64,000 nucleotides of DNA from an uncultured Clostridia bacterium (GCA_947629985.1 CANRFV010000008.1:8897-72896), one strand, 5' to 3'; counted from the stretch's first letter, positions 30,173 through 40,773 are shown. Notes: generated from the letters alone by a model not told the origin. Program-made: numbers and translations.

Positions 30173-30968
30173 CTTTACGCCCGAACACCTGAAATACTTG
30201 CGAAAACAAAAAAGACGTACGGTATTTGTGCATATATCTCAGATAGGCGTGCTTGTTGCGCTGTTGTGCCTGTGGGAACTTGCGGCGCAACTGCAATGGA
30301 TAGACAGTTTTATTACAAGCAGCCCGTCGCGTATATGGAATACTCTTGCGGAATTGGTACAAAACGGCACGCTGTGGCACCACGTGTGGGTATCCACTTG
30401 GGAGACCGTTGTGGGATTTGCAATAGGCACGACGTTGGGTTACTGCGTTGCGGTAATACTGTGGTGGAACGACTTTTTGCGGCGCGTGTTCGAGCCGTAT
30501 GTGGTTGTGCTTAACAGCCTGCCGAAGATCGCTCTCGGACCGATAATCATAATATGGGCGGGCACGGGCAAAGCGTCGATAATTACCATGGCGGTACTGA
30601 TTTCCGTTGTGATAACTACCATTACCATTCTTAACGGCTTTACCGAAACAAGCAACGAAAAGCAACTTTTGCTGCGCTCGATGGGCGCAAACAAATTTCA
30701 GATATTTACCAAACTTGTTGCGCCGTCCAATGTGCCGACGCTGATGGCTACGCTCAAAATAAACGTGGGTATGGCGTGGATCGGTTCGATAATGGGCGAA
30801 TATCTCGTATCCAAGGAAGGCTTGGGATACTTGCTGATATACGGCTCGCAAGTGTTCAGGCTGGATTTGGTAATGACATGCACTATTGTGCTGTGCCTGC
30901 TTGCCGGCGTTATGTACGCGCTGGTGGCGTTTTTGGAAAAAATTGCGGTAAAAAAATTCGATATATAA
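30162..30968 (+). CDS. ABC transporter permease (SsuC/TauC-like)
   Basis: Six hydrophobic segments. It overlaps the ATPase stop by 11 nt, in the typical SBP-ATPase-permease operon order. Confidence 0.85.
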   Translation: MKSNFTPEHLKYLRKQKRRTVFVHISQIGVLVALLCLWELAAQLQWIDSFITSSPSRIWNTLAELVQNGTLWHHVWVSTWETVVGFAIGTTLGYCVAVILWWNDFLRRVFEPYVVVLNSLPKIALGPIIIIWAGTGKASIITMAVLISVVITTITILNGFTETSNEKQLLLRSMGANKFQIFTKLVAPSNVPTLMATLKINVGMAWIGSIMGEYLVSKEGLGYLLIYGSQVFRLDLVMTCTIVLCLLAGVMYALVAFLEKIAVKKFDI

Positions 30969-30974
30969 AATTAC

Positions 30975-31006
30975 AGGGGAAAATTACGTTATTTTCCCCT
31001 TTTTCG
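30975..31006 (+). terminator. rho-independent terminator of the ABC operon
   Basis: aggggaaaat (30975-30984), loop tacgtt, attttcccct (30991-31000), followed by tttt. Confidence 0.85.
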
Positions 31007-31157
31007 GTTTGTTTTGCATACTATGTGTTCCATAGTATTTTATATTTTAATAAAAACGAGAGTAATCGAATGAAATATGACATATCAAGTAACGCCAAGT
31101 TCCACGCAATTTTGTTCGAAATGTAATAAAACGCCGCGGCGGTAAATACACCACAAT

Positions 31158-32198
31158 ATGAAAATAAAAGATATCGCCGCGGACATTGCCGTTACGGTCG
31201 GGTGTTTTGTAGGCGTGGGATTTTTGAGCGGAAAGGAAACACAGACTTTTGTGGGCAATATTGTCAACGCGATTATTTTTGCCGCGACATTTTTTGCCGC
31301 CAATTACGCCGTAAGAAACTATTGCGGTCTGAACCGATGCGGAGACGCCGCACTGCTGTCGCGCAGTTTGTGGGGCAAGCGCGCGGCAATATTCGACGCA
31401 GCGCTGTGCGTAAGTTGTTTCGTGTGCATTGTTACGGTGCTTGCGGGCGTTCAGCAATGTCTTGACCGCTTTGTAACGCCGGGCAGACTGCCGCTGTACG
31501 CGATAGTCGCCGCCGCCATAGGCGTATTTATACTGACGAACGGAATGTCCGCATTGACAAAAGCGAATACCGTTTGCATTGTTGCCGCAACGGTTTTGGT
31601 AATTGCAATTTATTTTACGCGCAACCAAAGCGCAGAAGTTGCACCGCCGCAACCGACGCCGTCCCCGTTAAAAAGCGTAATTTACGCGCTGTTTTCGGTT
31701 ACCACGTCTGTCGGCGTACTTACTCAACTGTCGGCGAAGCGTTCGGCGCAGTACAACCTGACTTGTTCCGCAGGTGCGGCGGCAACGCTGCTGCTTATTA
31801 CGCTTGCAATATTGCCGCTGTGCAAACGCGCGGGCGATTTGCCCGCCTTGGACGGCATAGACAATATATATTTGAAAGTTTACGCAATGATAACGCTGTT
31901 GTTGTGCGGAGTTACGGGCACTGTGGCAAACGCCTATCCGTTGGTAAAGCAACTGTACCCCGTAATACCCGACAAAACGCTGTGCGCGCTGTGCATATAT
32001 TTGGCGGCGGTTGCGTTTAGTATGTTCGGGTTCGACTTTGCCGTAAAAGCGGGCTATACCTGCGTGGGAGTGTTGGGCGCGGTTACCGTTGCCGCCATCG
32101 TCTGCAAAAATTTGCAATCGCGCCTACGAAACAATACAAAAGGGCGCACAAAATTGATGTGCGCCCGTAACCATAAATCAGCCCGAAAAGCCAAATAA
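31158..32198 (+). CDS. polytopic membrane protein (YkvI-like)
   Basis: 346 aa with about 10 hydrophobic segments. The N-terminal VGCFVGVGFLSGKETQTF resembles the YkvI-family GAGFASGQE motif. Confidence 0.5.
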   Translation: MKIKDIAADIAVTVGCFVGVGFLSGKETQTFVGNIVNAIIFAATFFAANYAVRNYCGLNRCGDAALLSRSLWGKRAAIFDAALCVSCFVCIVTVLAGVQQCLDRFVTPGRLPLYAIVAAAIGVFILTNGMSALTKANTVCIVAATVLVIAIYFTRNQSAEVAPPQPTPSPLKSVIYALFSVTTSVGVLTQLSAKRSAQYNLTCSAGAAATLLLITLAILPLCKRAGDLPALDGIDNIYLKVYAMITLLLCGVTGTVANAYPLVKQLYPVIPDKTLCALCIYLAAVAFSMFGFDFAVKAGYTCVGVLGAVTVAAIVCKNLQSRLRNNTKGRTKLMCARNHKSARKAK

Positions 32199-32248
32199 TG
32201 TTAAAGTCGTTCTGTTGAAATTTAATAGTCTTGCAATCGCGTTGCAAC

Positions 32249-33976
32249 TTAATCGTTTGCCGTTGCGGTAAGATACTGTTTGTACAGTTGATTTTCGCCG
32301 TCGGAAAAGAAAGAACTCTCTTCGCTGTCGGTAAAGCCCTTGTACGCCATTGCCAACAAGCAGTACGCCAACGAACGTATTGCTAACACGTCTATCCGCT
32401 GCGGCAATTGCACGGTGTGAGACAGCGCTTCGTAGCACTTGGCAAGACGTTTGGCGTCCACTTTGCGCACGGTGGCACACACGGTAAGCGCCGACGCGAA
32501 TATCGGGTCGTTGTGCGCTTCGGACAAGTCCAACACGTAGTAGCCGAACGCCAGCCCCACCAACAACTTGCCGCGATAGCCCAAATGTATTAAAACGGAC
32601 AGCAATTGTCTGTTGAGCGTGGGGACGGGCACGGGCGCGCAAAGTTGTCTTTTGGCAAAGTTTTCAAATGCGTCAACGTCGTTTACGTCCGTTTGACTGA
32701 GCAACGTTTCCAACAAGGCGGCTTCGCTTACAAAATGCTCGGTGTTACCTGTTACTATGCAACCGCGGCACACGTCGGCAATGCATTGCAAATAATTCAA
32801 TTGTTCCAAAGAGGACAAACTGCCCTTCTTTTCTGCCGATTCCAGCAACATATATTCCGACAACGCGGCAAACGCCACGGGCACGTCGAAAAAGCGAGCC
32901 AATGCGTTGGCGCCGCACGGCAATTCCAACTTTACCGCCATGCGGTTATTGATGAACATCAGCAACATTCGCGAAAAAACGTTCCAGGGCACGGCGCGCA
33001 ACAACAGCAATGCCGCCTGACGCGCCTTGTCGTAAAGTTGAGCGTTGAAGTAGACCAAACCGCACAGCCGCAACGCGTCGCAACCGGCGTCCTTGTAATG
33101 CCCGAACAAAATGTCGCACAACGTCATAGATTCTTGGCAATAACCGAAGTTGTTACAGCAAATTTGCAAATAATCGGACATATCGCAATCCGCAACGTCT
33201 TCGCCGAAGCGCGCAATACGCTGTAACTGCAACTTTAACTGCGGCAGATATTGCCCGTCCGCGTGCGACAAAACAAGTATGCTTGCGCCTATACCGCGGA
33301 ATGTGGCGTCGTCGTGATCGCACAATTTAAGCGCAAGCGGCAAGCCTTGCTGCCAATTTTGTTCGGTTACGCACACAAACAATTGCATTTCCAGCGTGGG
33401 CAGGTAATCGGTATCTATCGACATATATTCGCGCTGTAAACGCTTGCCTTCGCCGTAATTACCGCGCATATACGCCTTGTCCATACGCATACGCAGATTG
33501 TTGAAATATTGCGGAGAATTTATGTCGAAAAATACGCTTTCGTGCGCGTCTCCGTCGTCGTCGCCGTCGAAAACCGCATCGGACAAAAAGTCCTCGGCGT
33601 CGAAGTCGTAATCGCCGCCGTCGGCGGAATAGTAGCCCAGCAATTTTTCGTCCGCATTTGCCCTGCCGGGGGAACGCTGTGCCAAACTGCCCTTTGCAAT
33701 GTTGCCGAAATAATACCGCACGTCCTCTACCGCGTCGCCCAGCGAACACAAGTCGCTGTAACAGTTGTGAGTAAAGTGGTACCGCGACAGCAAAATGCGG
33801 TACAGTTCATTGGCGTAACCGATGTTTTTCAACTTGCACAAACAACCTATTTGGTTGAGCATGCTTTCGTAGCAATCGACGCGCGCAAAAATACACAGAG
33901 CGTCAAAATACTCGCCCTTGTCCGCCAAGCCGAGCGCAGTGGTCATATAAGTGTCGTCGTCAAGTAAAATCTTCAT
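32249..33976 (-). CDS. hypothetical protein (helical-repeat/TPR-like)
   Basis: 575 aa. Its start overlaps the hslO stop by 4 nt (ATGA). No catalytic motif seen. Confidence 0.5.
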   Translation of the reverse strand: MKILLDDDTYMTTALGLADKGEYFDALCIFARVDCYESMLNQIGCLCKLKNIGYANELYRILLSRYHFTHNCYSDLCSLGDAVEDVRYYFGNIAKGSLAQRSPGRANADEKLLGYYSADGGDYDFDAEDFLSDAVFDGDDDGDAHESVFFDINSPQYFNNLRMRMDKAYMRGNYGEGKRLQREYMSIDTDYLPTLEMQLFVCVTEQNWQQGLPLALKLCDHDDATFRGIGASILVLSHADGQYLPQLKLQLQRIARFGEDVADCDMSDYLQICCNNFGYCQESMTLCDILFGHYKDAGCDALRLCGLVYFNAQLYDKARQAALLLLRAVPWNVFSRMLLMFINNRMAVKLELPCGANALARFFDVPVAFAALSEYMLLESAEKKGSLSSLEQLNYLQCIADVCRGCIVTGNTEHFVSEAALLETLLSQTDVNDVDAFENFAKRQLCAPVPVPTLNRQLLSVLIHLGYRGKLLVGLAFGYYVLDLSEAHNDPIFASALTVCATVRKVDAKRLAKCYEALSHTVQLPQRIDVLAIRSLAYCLLAMAYKGFTDSEESSFFSDGENQLYKQYLTATAND

Positions 33977-34845
33977 CTATCTGCGAAAAGTTTGTCTGCG
34001 TCCTGTTGCGTATAAACGTATTTGCGCCCGCAAAAATGGCAGCAAACTTCTATTTGCCCCATTTCGGATATAATTGCGTCCGCTTCGCTTTTGCCAAGAC
34101 TTTTTACCAGCGCGTTTATTTTGCGCTTGTTGCAATTGCATTTGTACACCACTTGTCGGTCTTGCAAAAACACGGGATCGAACTCGCCGAAAAAGCGCAA
34201 GATAACCTGACGCGCGGTACTGCCGTCAAATTGATAACTCATTTCGTCCATAGCGTACATTACCGTTTCCAACCGCGAAAGCACTTCTTCGGGACAGCCC
34301 GGCATAACCTGCACAAACACTCCGCCCGCCGAACGGCAATATTTGCGATCCAGCCCCACGCCCAAAGTAACTCCGCAAGGCTGTTGCTCGCTTGTGGCGT
34401 AATAATAGGCAAAGTCGGACGCGATTTCGCCGCTGATCAATTGGGACGTGCCCACATAGGGTTGTTTTAGCCCGACGTCGCGTATTACGGTAATAAAACC
34501 GTCCTTGCCAACGGCGCCGCCCACGTCGAGATGCCCGTCCGCCTTAACGACGGTTTCCGCAACGTGGTTGGCTATATCGCCCTTAACGTGCCCTTCGCCG
34601 TCCGCGCAGACCGTTATTTTGCCCAGCGGTCCCTTGCCGTCGATGGTAACGGTAAGATAATCGCTTGCGTTCTTTAATTCGTTGCCCATAAGCGCCGCCA
34701 TTGTAAGCGCGCGCCCCAACGCCGCCGCCGCTATCGGCGACAGATCGTGTATTTTGATCGCTTTGTTTACTATATCTTTGCTTTCGATTGCGCTTACCGT
34801 AACGTAATCGGCAATTAGCGCCTTAGTCAATACCGACATAAACAA
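33973..34845 (-). CDS. hslO: Hsp33-family redox-regulated chaperone
   Basis: 290 aa. The C-terminal zinc centre is YKCNCNKRK...(x27)...CCHFCGRKY, i.e. the CxC...CxxC pattern typical of Hsp33. Confidence 0.85.
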   Translation of the reverse strand: MFMSVLTKALIADYVTVSAIESKDIVNKAIKIHDLSPIAAAALGRALTMAALMGNELKNASDYLTVTIDGKGPLGKITVCADGEGHVKGDIANHVAETVVKADGHLDVGGAVGKDGFITVIRDVGLKQPYVGTSQLISGEIASDFAYYYATSEQQPCGVTLGVGLDRKYCRSAGGVFVQVMPGCPEEVLSRLETVMYAMDEMSYQFDGSTARQVILRFFGEFDPVFLQDRQVVYKCNCNKRKINALVKSLGKSEADAIISEMGQIEVCCHFCGRKYVYTQQDADKLFADR

Positions 34846-34855
34846 TATTTCCTCT

Positions 34856-35578
34856 TTAATTTTTTGTTGCGTAAAAACATGCGCGCAAACTGTCGTTTTG
34901 CAACGGCTTGCCGTAATCGGCGGTTACTTCGCGCAGTTGAAACCCCGCAATGCGTAACGCGCGCTTTATTTGCGCCGTTGTGTGAACGTATTGCACGTGC
35001 GATTCGTCCCGACGTTCGTATTTGCCGTCGTCCGCGCGCACAAACAGCGTAAGATCCATTTTGACGCAATTTTGTCCGCCGCCGTTGCACCACAGCAACG
35101 TTTCGGCGTCGCCGTCGTAATAAAACACATTGCCGCTTAATATTTTTTGCAATTTGTATTTGGTAGATACGTCAAAAACAAACGGCGCGCCGCCGACAAG
35201 ATTGCTTGCGACCTGCTTGAAAAAGGGCGCGAGTTCGTCGGGTTTGAGATAATTTACGCCGTCGTTTACGCATATTGCCATATCCGCGCAGTGCGCAAGG
35301 CGCAATTTGCGCATATCCTGCAACACAAACAAGGCGTTGCGGCATTTTGCGCGCGCCTGCTCCAACATTTCCGCGCTGTTGTCTATGCCGATAACTTTTA
35401 GCCCCTTGTTCAGCAACAAGGCGGTCATTTTGCCCGTGCCGCATGCGATGTCCGCCACTTCGCGCACGCCGTGCCGCTGTGCCAGACAATACAAATATTG
35501 CGACCAACCGATGTAGTCGCAATCATTGTGTGTAAATTTGTCGTAGTAATGTGCCAATACAGAATAACTCGGTTGCAT
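34856..35578 (-). CDS. class I SAM-dependent methyltransferase
   Basis: Motif I is VADIACGTGKMT. I preferred the start at 35578 (MQPSYSVLAHYYDKF), but the track start at 35632 is possible. Confidence 0.7.
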   Translation of the reverse strand: MQPSYSVLAHYYDKFTHNDCDYIGWSQYLYCLAQRHGVREVADIACGTGKMTALLLNKGLKVIGIDNSAEMLEQARAKCRNALFVLQDMRKLRLAHCADMAICVNDGVNYLKPDELAPFFKQVASNLVGGAPFVFDVSTKYKLQKILSGNVFYYDGDAETLLWCNGGGQNCVKMDLTLFVRADDGKYERRDESHVQYVHTTAQIKRALRIAGFQLREVTADYGKPLQNDSLRACFYATKN

Positions 35579-35638
35579 ACCGTAATGTCCGTTGTAAAAT
35601 TGTATTTTTGCCGCGGCAGAAGCCGAACGCAAGCGCGG

Positions 35639-36817
35639 CTATTTGTTTGCCGTATCGCTTGCGTCGGGGTCGGCGATTTCCGACTCGCCTTCGGGTTGTT
35701 GAGCGGTTTTGTCGACGAATTCGGTATCGACATAGGAAGCGCCGTCGCCGTCCGACTGCGTAGCGGATCCGTCGCGAGAGTTGTCGCCGCTTACAGCCGA
35801 TTCGTCAGCTTGTGCCGAAGCGCCCTTGTTTTTACGTTTTTTGTCCGACTTGCTTTGCAAAGCGGTTGCCGAACTTGCGTCCGCCGCCGCTTTAGCCGCC
35901 TGTTGTTGACGTTGTTCCGCGGCTAATTGACGTTTCTTTTTTGTTTCGACGGGGTGGAACAAGGCAAACGTTTTCATCATATGAGTTTGCCATACCAACG
36001 GGAAATATATTCCGCCGAACATTATTATCAACATCATATACAATGTGCGCAACATTCCGTTGTTGAAGACGAAAAACAACGCGACGGGCAATATAGCAAC
36101 CAGAAAATGCAAAATGTTGGGCAATACGTTAAGCCACAACAAACGCCAACTGTCGTCCAGATTTTCGTACAGCGATTGCTTGTAAGTTACCGAAACCGAA
36201 CACAAAATTAGTAGGTAAATTACCCAAAACATTGCAAGTATTGCAAGTACCACGGTAAGCACTATTGCCAACCACAGCGCTACGGTCGTACTCAGCCACA
36301 TATAAAACGCGTAAACTCCGAACACCGTAAACGAAATGGACAGCGAGCATACAAAGGCGTAAAAAATGTTGGCTTTGAAACCTTTGCCCAGGCTTTTGAA
36401 TACGCCGACGGCGGACAGTTTGCCCGTCCAGAACGAGTCGCGAATCACCGCAAATCCGCCCGACAAAATTACCGTTACAAGCACCGCGGAAATTGCCGCA
36501 AACAACCCCGTATTGAGACTGTTGCGATTGATCTGCTGAGTAAGGTAGCCGTTCATATCCGACCAAGTACCCGTGGAAAATCCCAAACTGTTAAACAGCG
36601 GAAAAGTTTGTTCCAATTCGGTCTGCTTTAACGACCCCAACATCATAACGATAAGTATGGGGGCAATACACAATATCATAAGCAGGCTGAAACCCAACAG
36701 GCGCATTACGTTTTCGCGGTAAAGCACCTTAAAAAACTTCCAGGTGGACAGCCTGTTAAGCCGTTTTGTAACGTGCGTACTGCGCTCGTTATTTAATCTG
36801 ATCTTACTGAAATCCAT
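35639..36817 (-). CDS. polytopic membrane protein with a ~100-aa charged low-complexity C-terminal tail
   Basis: I chose the ATG at 36817 (MDFSKIRLNN...). The 134 upstream codons of the track ORF are Arg/Cys/Ala-rich and look non-coding. The tail is KKKRQLAAEQRQQQAAKAAADASSATALQSKSDKKRKNKGASAQADE... Confidence 0.6.
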   Translation of the reverse strand: MDFSKIRLNNERSTHVTKRLNRLSTWKFFKVLYRENVMRLLGFSLLMILCIAPILIVMMLGSLKQTELEQTFPLFNSLGFSTGTWSDMNGYLTQQINRNSLNTGLFAAISAVLVTVILSGGFAVIRDSFWTGKLSAVGVFKSLGKGFKANIFYAFVCSLSISFTVFGVYAFYMWLSTTVALWLAIVLTVVLAILAMFWVIYLLILCSVSVTYKQSLYENLDDSWRLLWLNVLPNILHFLVAILPVALFFVFNNGMLRTLYMMLIIMFGGIYFPLVWQTHMMKTFALFHPVETKKKRQLAAEQRQQQAAKAAADASSATALQSKSDKKRKNKGASAQADESAVSGDNSRDGSATQSDGDGASYVDTEFVDKTAQQPEGESEIADPDASDTANK

Positions 36818-37432
36818 AAATTTTACCTTTTTAATAGATTTATATATTGTCAAGACGCAATGATACTTGTACAGTATACCAAATTTGCGCGATATTTTCA
36901 ACATATTGGCCGCTCTTTTGCAAAAAAATTTTGTTGCTACGCAGTATTGCGACGCGCAGCAGACAAACGCTTTGTACGATATGCCCGTATTGTCGCGGCA
37001 GGCGGCACGCGCAGCATTGGATGCCGCAATGCAACGCGAGCAAATAAACACGATTTTATTCCAATTTAAGTTGGCTCGTAGTTGGTGCCGCAATGAAACG
37101 CGGCAAATTTCAAAAGCGTTTGTAGCCCTATTGGCAATTTTCCGGCGGCACGCCCAAACGCACACGCGGCAGACGGCGCGGCAAAACTCCGCCGTACGCA
37201 ACGGCGCGTTACTGCGCAAAGTAACGATTGCGCAAGTTGAGCCTTTGGGCGCGATGTTTAATCTTAGGACTGTTTACTAAAGGTTGCGGTAAAATTTGCA
37301 CGTAAATTTGGGCGCAATGTTGAGTTGTAGGACTGTTTTAGCGTGCAAAACAGCCTCGGGGCAAGTCCCAAAATGCCCGTTGGGACAATATTTGACAAAA
37401 TTCGGGCATATTATATCCAACAAAGGAGAAAT

Positions 37433-38416
37433 ATGAAAACTGTCGCTATCGTGGGCGCAAACGGCTTGGTCGGCAAAAAAATGCTCGATATTTTGAACAA
37501 CAATCTGCCCGAACTGAACGTAAGATTGTTCGGCAACACGTCGGTGGGCGACAAGGTGGAATTTCGCAACAGATCGGCGGTTGTGGAACCGTGCGACGCG
37601 CTGTCGGACGGCGGTATCGATTACGCCGTTTTTGTCGCAACCGAAGAAGTGTCGACGCGCTACATTCCGCCGCTTGCAAGCAGGGGCGTTATATGTATAG
37701 ATAACAGCGCGCATTTCAGGCTGTGCACTGACGTTCCACTTGTGGTGCCCTGCATAAACGGGCGCAAGATTGACGGGCACAACATTATTGCCAATCCCAA
37801 CTGCTCCACCATTCAAACGGTTATTGCGCTAAACGCGCTTATGCCGCTGTGTCCCACAAAATTTACGGCGGTTACATACCAATCGGCAAGCGGCGCGGGC
37901 AAACAGGGCTTGGACGACCTTAACGAACGCAACGGCTACGGTAAACTGCGCTGTTTTAAGCACCCGCTGTTCGACAACATTCTGCCGGCTATCGGCGCGG
38001 CGGAAAACGACGGGTTTACCGTTGAAGAGCGCAAAATGATGCGCGAAAGCAAAAAAATACTTGATTTGCCGCATCTGAAAGTAAATGCGTTTTGCGCGCG
38101 AGTACCCGTAAGCGTGGGACATTGCGTATTTGTAAACGTCCGTCTCAAAAAGAAATTTACCGTTGACGAAGTGCGGCAACTGCTGCATGCGGCGCCCAAC
38201 GTTTTGCTTTTTGACGACGCGCCGAGCGACATATATCCGCTGCCGTCTATGATGCGCAACACTAAATACGTAGGCGTTGGACGCATTACGAAAGACCCCA
38301 CCGCCAATGCCGTAAATATGTTTACCGTGGCGGACAATCTTTTGCGCGGCGCAAGTTACAACGCGTACGAAATTTTGCAATACATTGTGCAACACAAGGA
38401 GAACGCCAATGCGTAA
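37433..38416 (+). CDS. asd: aspartate-semialdehyde dehydrogenase
   Basis: The NAD-binding N-terminus is MKTVAIVGANGLVGKKM and the active-site motif is IANPNCSTIQ. AAAGGAGAA lies upstream of ATG 37433. Confidence 0.9.
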   Translation: MKTVAIVGANGLVGKKMLDILNNNLPELNVRLFGNTSVGDKVEFRNRSAVVEPCDALSDGGIDYAVFVATEEVSTRYIPPLASRGVICIDNSAHFRLCTDVPLVVPCINGRKIDGHNIIANPNCSTIQTVIALNALMPLCPTKFTAVTYQSASGAGKQGLDDLNERNGYGKLRCFKHPLFDNILPAIGAAENDGFTVEERKMMRESKKILDLPHLKVNAFCARVPVSVGHCVFVNVRLKKKFTVDEVRQLLHAAPNVLLFDDAPSDIYPLPSMMRNTKYVGVGRITKDPTANAVNMFTVADNLLRGASYNAYEILQYIVQHKENANA

Positions 38417-39239
38417 ACTTATAACGGCGTTGGCAACGCCATTTGCCGCGGGCAAAATAGACAAGTTGAGTTTTCAGCGGCTTGTTCGCTTGCAACTTGA
38501 AAACAACGCCGCAGACGCACTGCTGGTTGCAAGCACAACGGGAGAAGGTCGACTGCTAAGCGACTGCGAAAAAAAATTGCTTGTTCGCCTTGCCCAAGCC
38601 ACCGCAAACGACGTTCCGATAATATCCGCCGTGGAAAGCGTGGGCGAACAATCGCTGACGGACGCGGTAACAGCCGAACAAACGGGAGCGTCCGCATTAC
38701 TTGTTGCGCCGCCGTCGTTTGTAAAATGCACGCCGACTGGGTATGTTGCTTGGATACGTCGACTGCGCAAGGCGGTAAGTATTCCGCTGATACTGTACAA
38801 TGTTCCCGCGCGGTGCGGCTATTCGCTGAGTTTGCGCGCGATAGAACGCCTGCAAGACATAATTGCCGGGGTAAAAGACGCCGGAAAGGACGCGTCGTAC
38901 ACCGCCGAACTATGCAAAATTACCAACGTGCTGTGCGGAAACGACGCGCTGTTGACCCAGCATCTGGATATGGGCGCGTGCGGCACGGTATCGGTTGCGG
39001 CAAACGCCTTTCCGCAGTTGACGGCAAAGGTATTAAACGGCGAATACGACGAACGCTACGCCGTGGCGGCGCAATTGGGCGCGTTGGAAATAAACCCGAT
39101 AGCCATTAAATATATGTTGTACAAAAAGGGCATATTTGGCAGTTACGAAACGCGCGTGCCGCTATCCGCCGCAAACGTACGGACGCGTCGAAAAATAGAC
39201 TGCGCTTGGCAGGAATACGGCTTGGATACGGCAAAATGA
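38409..39239 (+). CDS. dapA: 4-hydroxy-tetrahydrodipicolinate synthase
   Basis: Motifs seen: ITALATPF, STTGEG, and a Schiff-base lysine context IAGVKDAGKD. The ATG overlaps the asd stop (ATGCGTAA). Confidence 0.85.
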   Translation: MRKLITALATPFAAGKIDKLSFQRLVRLQLENNAADALLVASTTGEGRLLSDCEKKLLVRLAQATANDVPIISAVESVGEQSLTDAVTAEQTGASALLVAPPSFVKCTPTGYVAWIRRLRKAVSIPLILYNVPARCGYSLSLRAIERLQDIIAGVKDAGKDASYTAELCKITNVLCGNDALLTQHLDMGACGTVSVAANAFPQLTAKVLNGEYDERYAVAAQLGALEINPIAIKYMLYKKGIFGSYETRVPLSAANVRTRRKIDCAWQEYGLDTAK

Positions 39240-39432
39240 TTACGCGCGGCAACGCTTTGGGTTGAGCGGACGATTTAACTGCCGAATGCGGCAAACGGGC
39301 GCCACGTTACATTTCAAGGGGCAATCGGCGCACATTCGCAGGCTGAAAACGGACGATTTGGGCGGCAAGGCGGACGGAATGGCGATTGCGCGTACAAAAA
39401 AATATAAATTTGCGGTAATTTAGGGGAAAAAT

Positions 39433-40146
39433 ATGGTAATTGCGGTATTCGGCGCAAACGGGCGCGTGGGCAAACAAACGGTAAAGGCGGCAACGGAAAG
39501 GGGACACTGCGTATACGGCATAGACGCGGACGGCGCGTATTTGTACCAAGCGGACGCACACTCTCAATGTGCCGACAACGCCGCGCCGATCAAGGCAATA
39601 AAAACGGACGACGGCTTGGTCGATACGGAAATCGACGCAGTGATAGACTTTTCGACGGCGAGCGCCACCCGACAAGTGTGCGAATTTTGCCTTAAACACC
39701 GCTGCGCGCTTGTAAGCGGCGTTACGGGACGAACCGACGAGCAAACGCAACTTGTAGAGCAACTTGCCGCAAGCGTGCCCGTTGTGTGCAAGGCAAATTT
39801 TTCGACGGGAATTGCCGCTTTGACGGAAATTTGCCGTCAACTTGCGTTGATGTTGCCCGATTGGGATTGTGAAATAGTGGAAATACATCGCCGCGAAAAA
39901 ACCGACGCCCCCAGCGGCACGGCAAAACAGTTGGCGGCAACGCTTGCCCAACGAAAAAGTTTTACTCAAACCGCCGTACACTCTTTGCGAGCGGGCAGCA
40001 ACTTTGGGTGCCACTGCGTTGTTTTGGCTAGTAAAGGCGAAAGTCTTACGTTGACGCACCAAGCGGAAAACGTTGATATTTTTGCATACGGCGCGGTAAA
40101 ACAGGCGGAAAAAACAGTTGCCGAACGCCTTGCAAAACAAAATTGA
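39433..40146 (+). CDS. dapB: 4-hydroxy-tetrahydrodipicolinate reductase
   Basis: The N-terminus is VIAVFGANGRVGK and the signature block is EIVEIHRREKTDAPSGTA. Confidence 0.85.
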   Translation: MVIAVFGANGRVGKQTVKAATERGHCVYGIDADGAYLYQADAHSQCADNAAPIKAIKTDDGLVDTEIDAVIDFSTASATRQVCEFCLKHRCALVSGVTGRTDEQTQLVEQLAASVPVVCKANFSTGIAALTEICRQLALMLPDWDCEIVEIHRREKTDAPSGTAKQLAATLAQRKSFTQTAVHSLRAGSNFGCHCVVLASKGESLTLTHQAENVDIFAYGAVKQAEKTVAERLAKQN

Positions 40147-40281
40147 CCTTCGCGCGAGCAATGCGACCGCACCGCTTGCCACAATGCGCGACGTTGGCAA
40201 TGCAAATAAAAAAATATTATCAATACAATGAATTAGCGCTGAAAAACGAGTAACGCTGCCAAGGCGGCAATCCGACAAAAC

Positions 40282-40773
40282 TCAATTTTTGTCGTCGGTT
40301 CTGCCCAAAAGATAATCGACCGAAACGCCGAAATACTCCGCCAACTGCAACAGGTAATCCGGCGACGGAATGGATTTTGTTCTTAGCCACTCGTAAACGG
40401 CATTGGGCGCAAACGACATCGTGTGCGACAACGCCGAATACTTTACGCCCTTTTCTTCGGTTAAAGACGCAAGTCTGCTGAAAAAGTCGGACGGGTGGCG
40501 AGCGGGATTGAACTCGGAGCCGTAGGTTTCGTCGAACAAATACATAATGGGAACATTGAGATAATTTGCCAATTTGATCAAAGATTTAACGCCGGGCACG
40601 CTTTGGTACACCGTCGCGCGAATTATCACGCTTGTGCTTACACCGACATTTTGTGCAAACCGGACTTTTGTTACGCCCTGATCTTCTATCGCTTCTTTTA
40701 ATAATTTTTGCAAACGCGCCGACGTGCCGTATTCCGTCATTTCGGGTTTCTTGGACATTTTATTACTCCGCAA
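40282..40773 (-). CDS. XRE-family protein with two HTH-like halves
   Basis: The two halves are LQKLLKEAIEDQGVTKVRFAQNVGVSTSVI and LTEEKGVKYSALSHTMSFAPNAVYEWLRTKSIPSPDYLLQLAEYFGVSVDYLLGR. The start could also be the ATG at 40758. Confidence 0.7.
   Translation of the reverse strand: MRSNKMSKKPEMTEYGTSARLQKLLKEAIEDQGVTKVRFAQNVGVSTSVIIRATVYQSVPGVKSLIKLANYLNVPIMYLFDETYGSEFNPARHPSDFFSRLASLTEEKGVKYSALSHTMSFAPNAVYEWLRTKSIPSPDYLLQLAEYFGVSVDYLLGRTDDKN

Noticed and set aside
30090-30851. 253-aa minus-strand ORF
   Set aside because: It is antisense to the ABC permease and is Arg/His/Tyr-rich and non-protein-like.
36818-37219. N-terminal 134-codon extension of the 526-aa track ORF
   Set aside because: The extension is Arg/Cys/Ala-rich with no ribosome-binding site. 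A clean ATG at 36817 begins a typical membrane-protein N-terminus.
36818-37432. Looked for a lysine (L-box) riboswitch upstream of asd-dapA
   Set aside because: The conserved AGAGGYGC and GGGGAGC-type cores are absent. Only the direct repeats reported as a finding were seen.
39307-40278. 323-aa minus-strand ORF
   Set aside because: It is antisense to dapB, which has the E-x-H-H/R-x-K-x-DAPSGTA signature. The product is Arg/Cys/Phe-rich junk.
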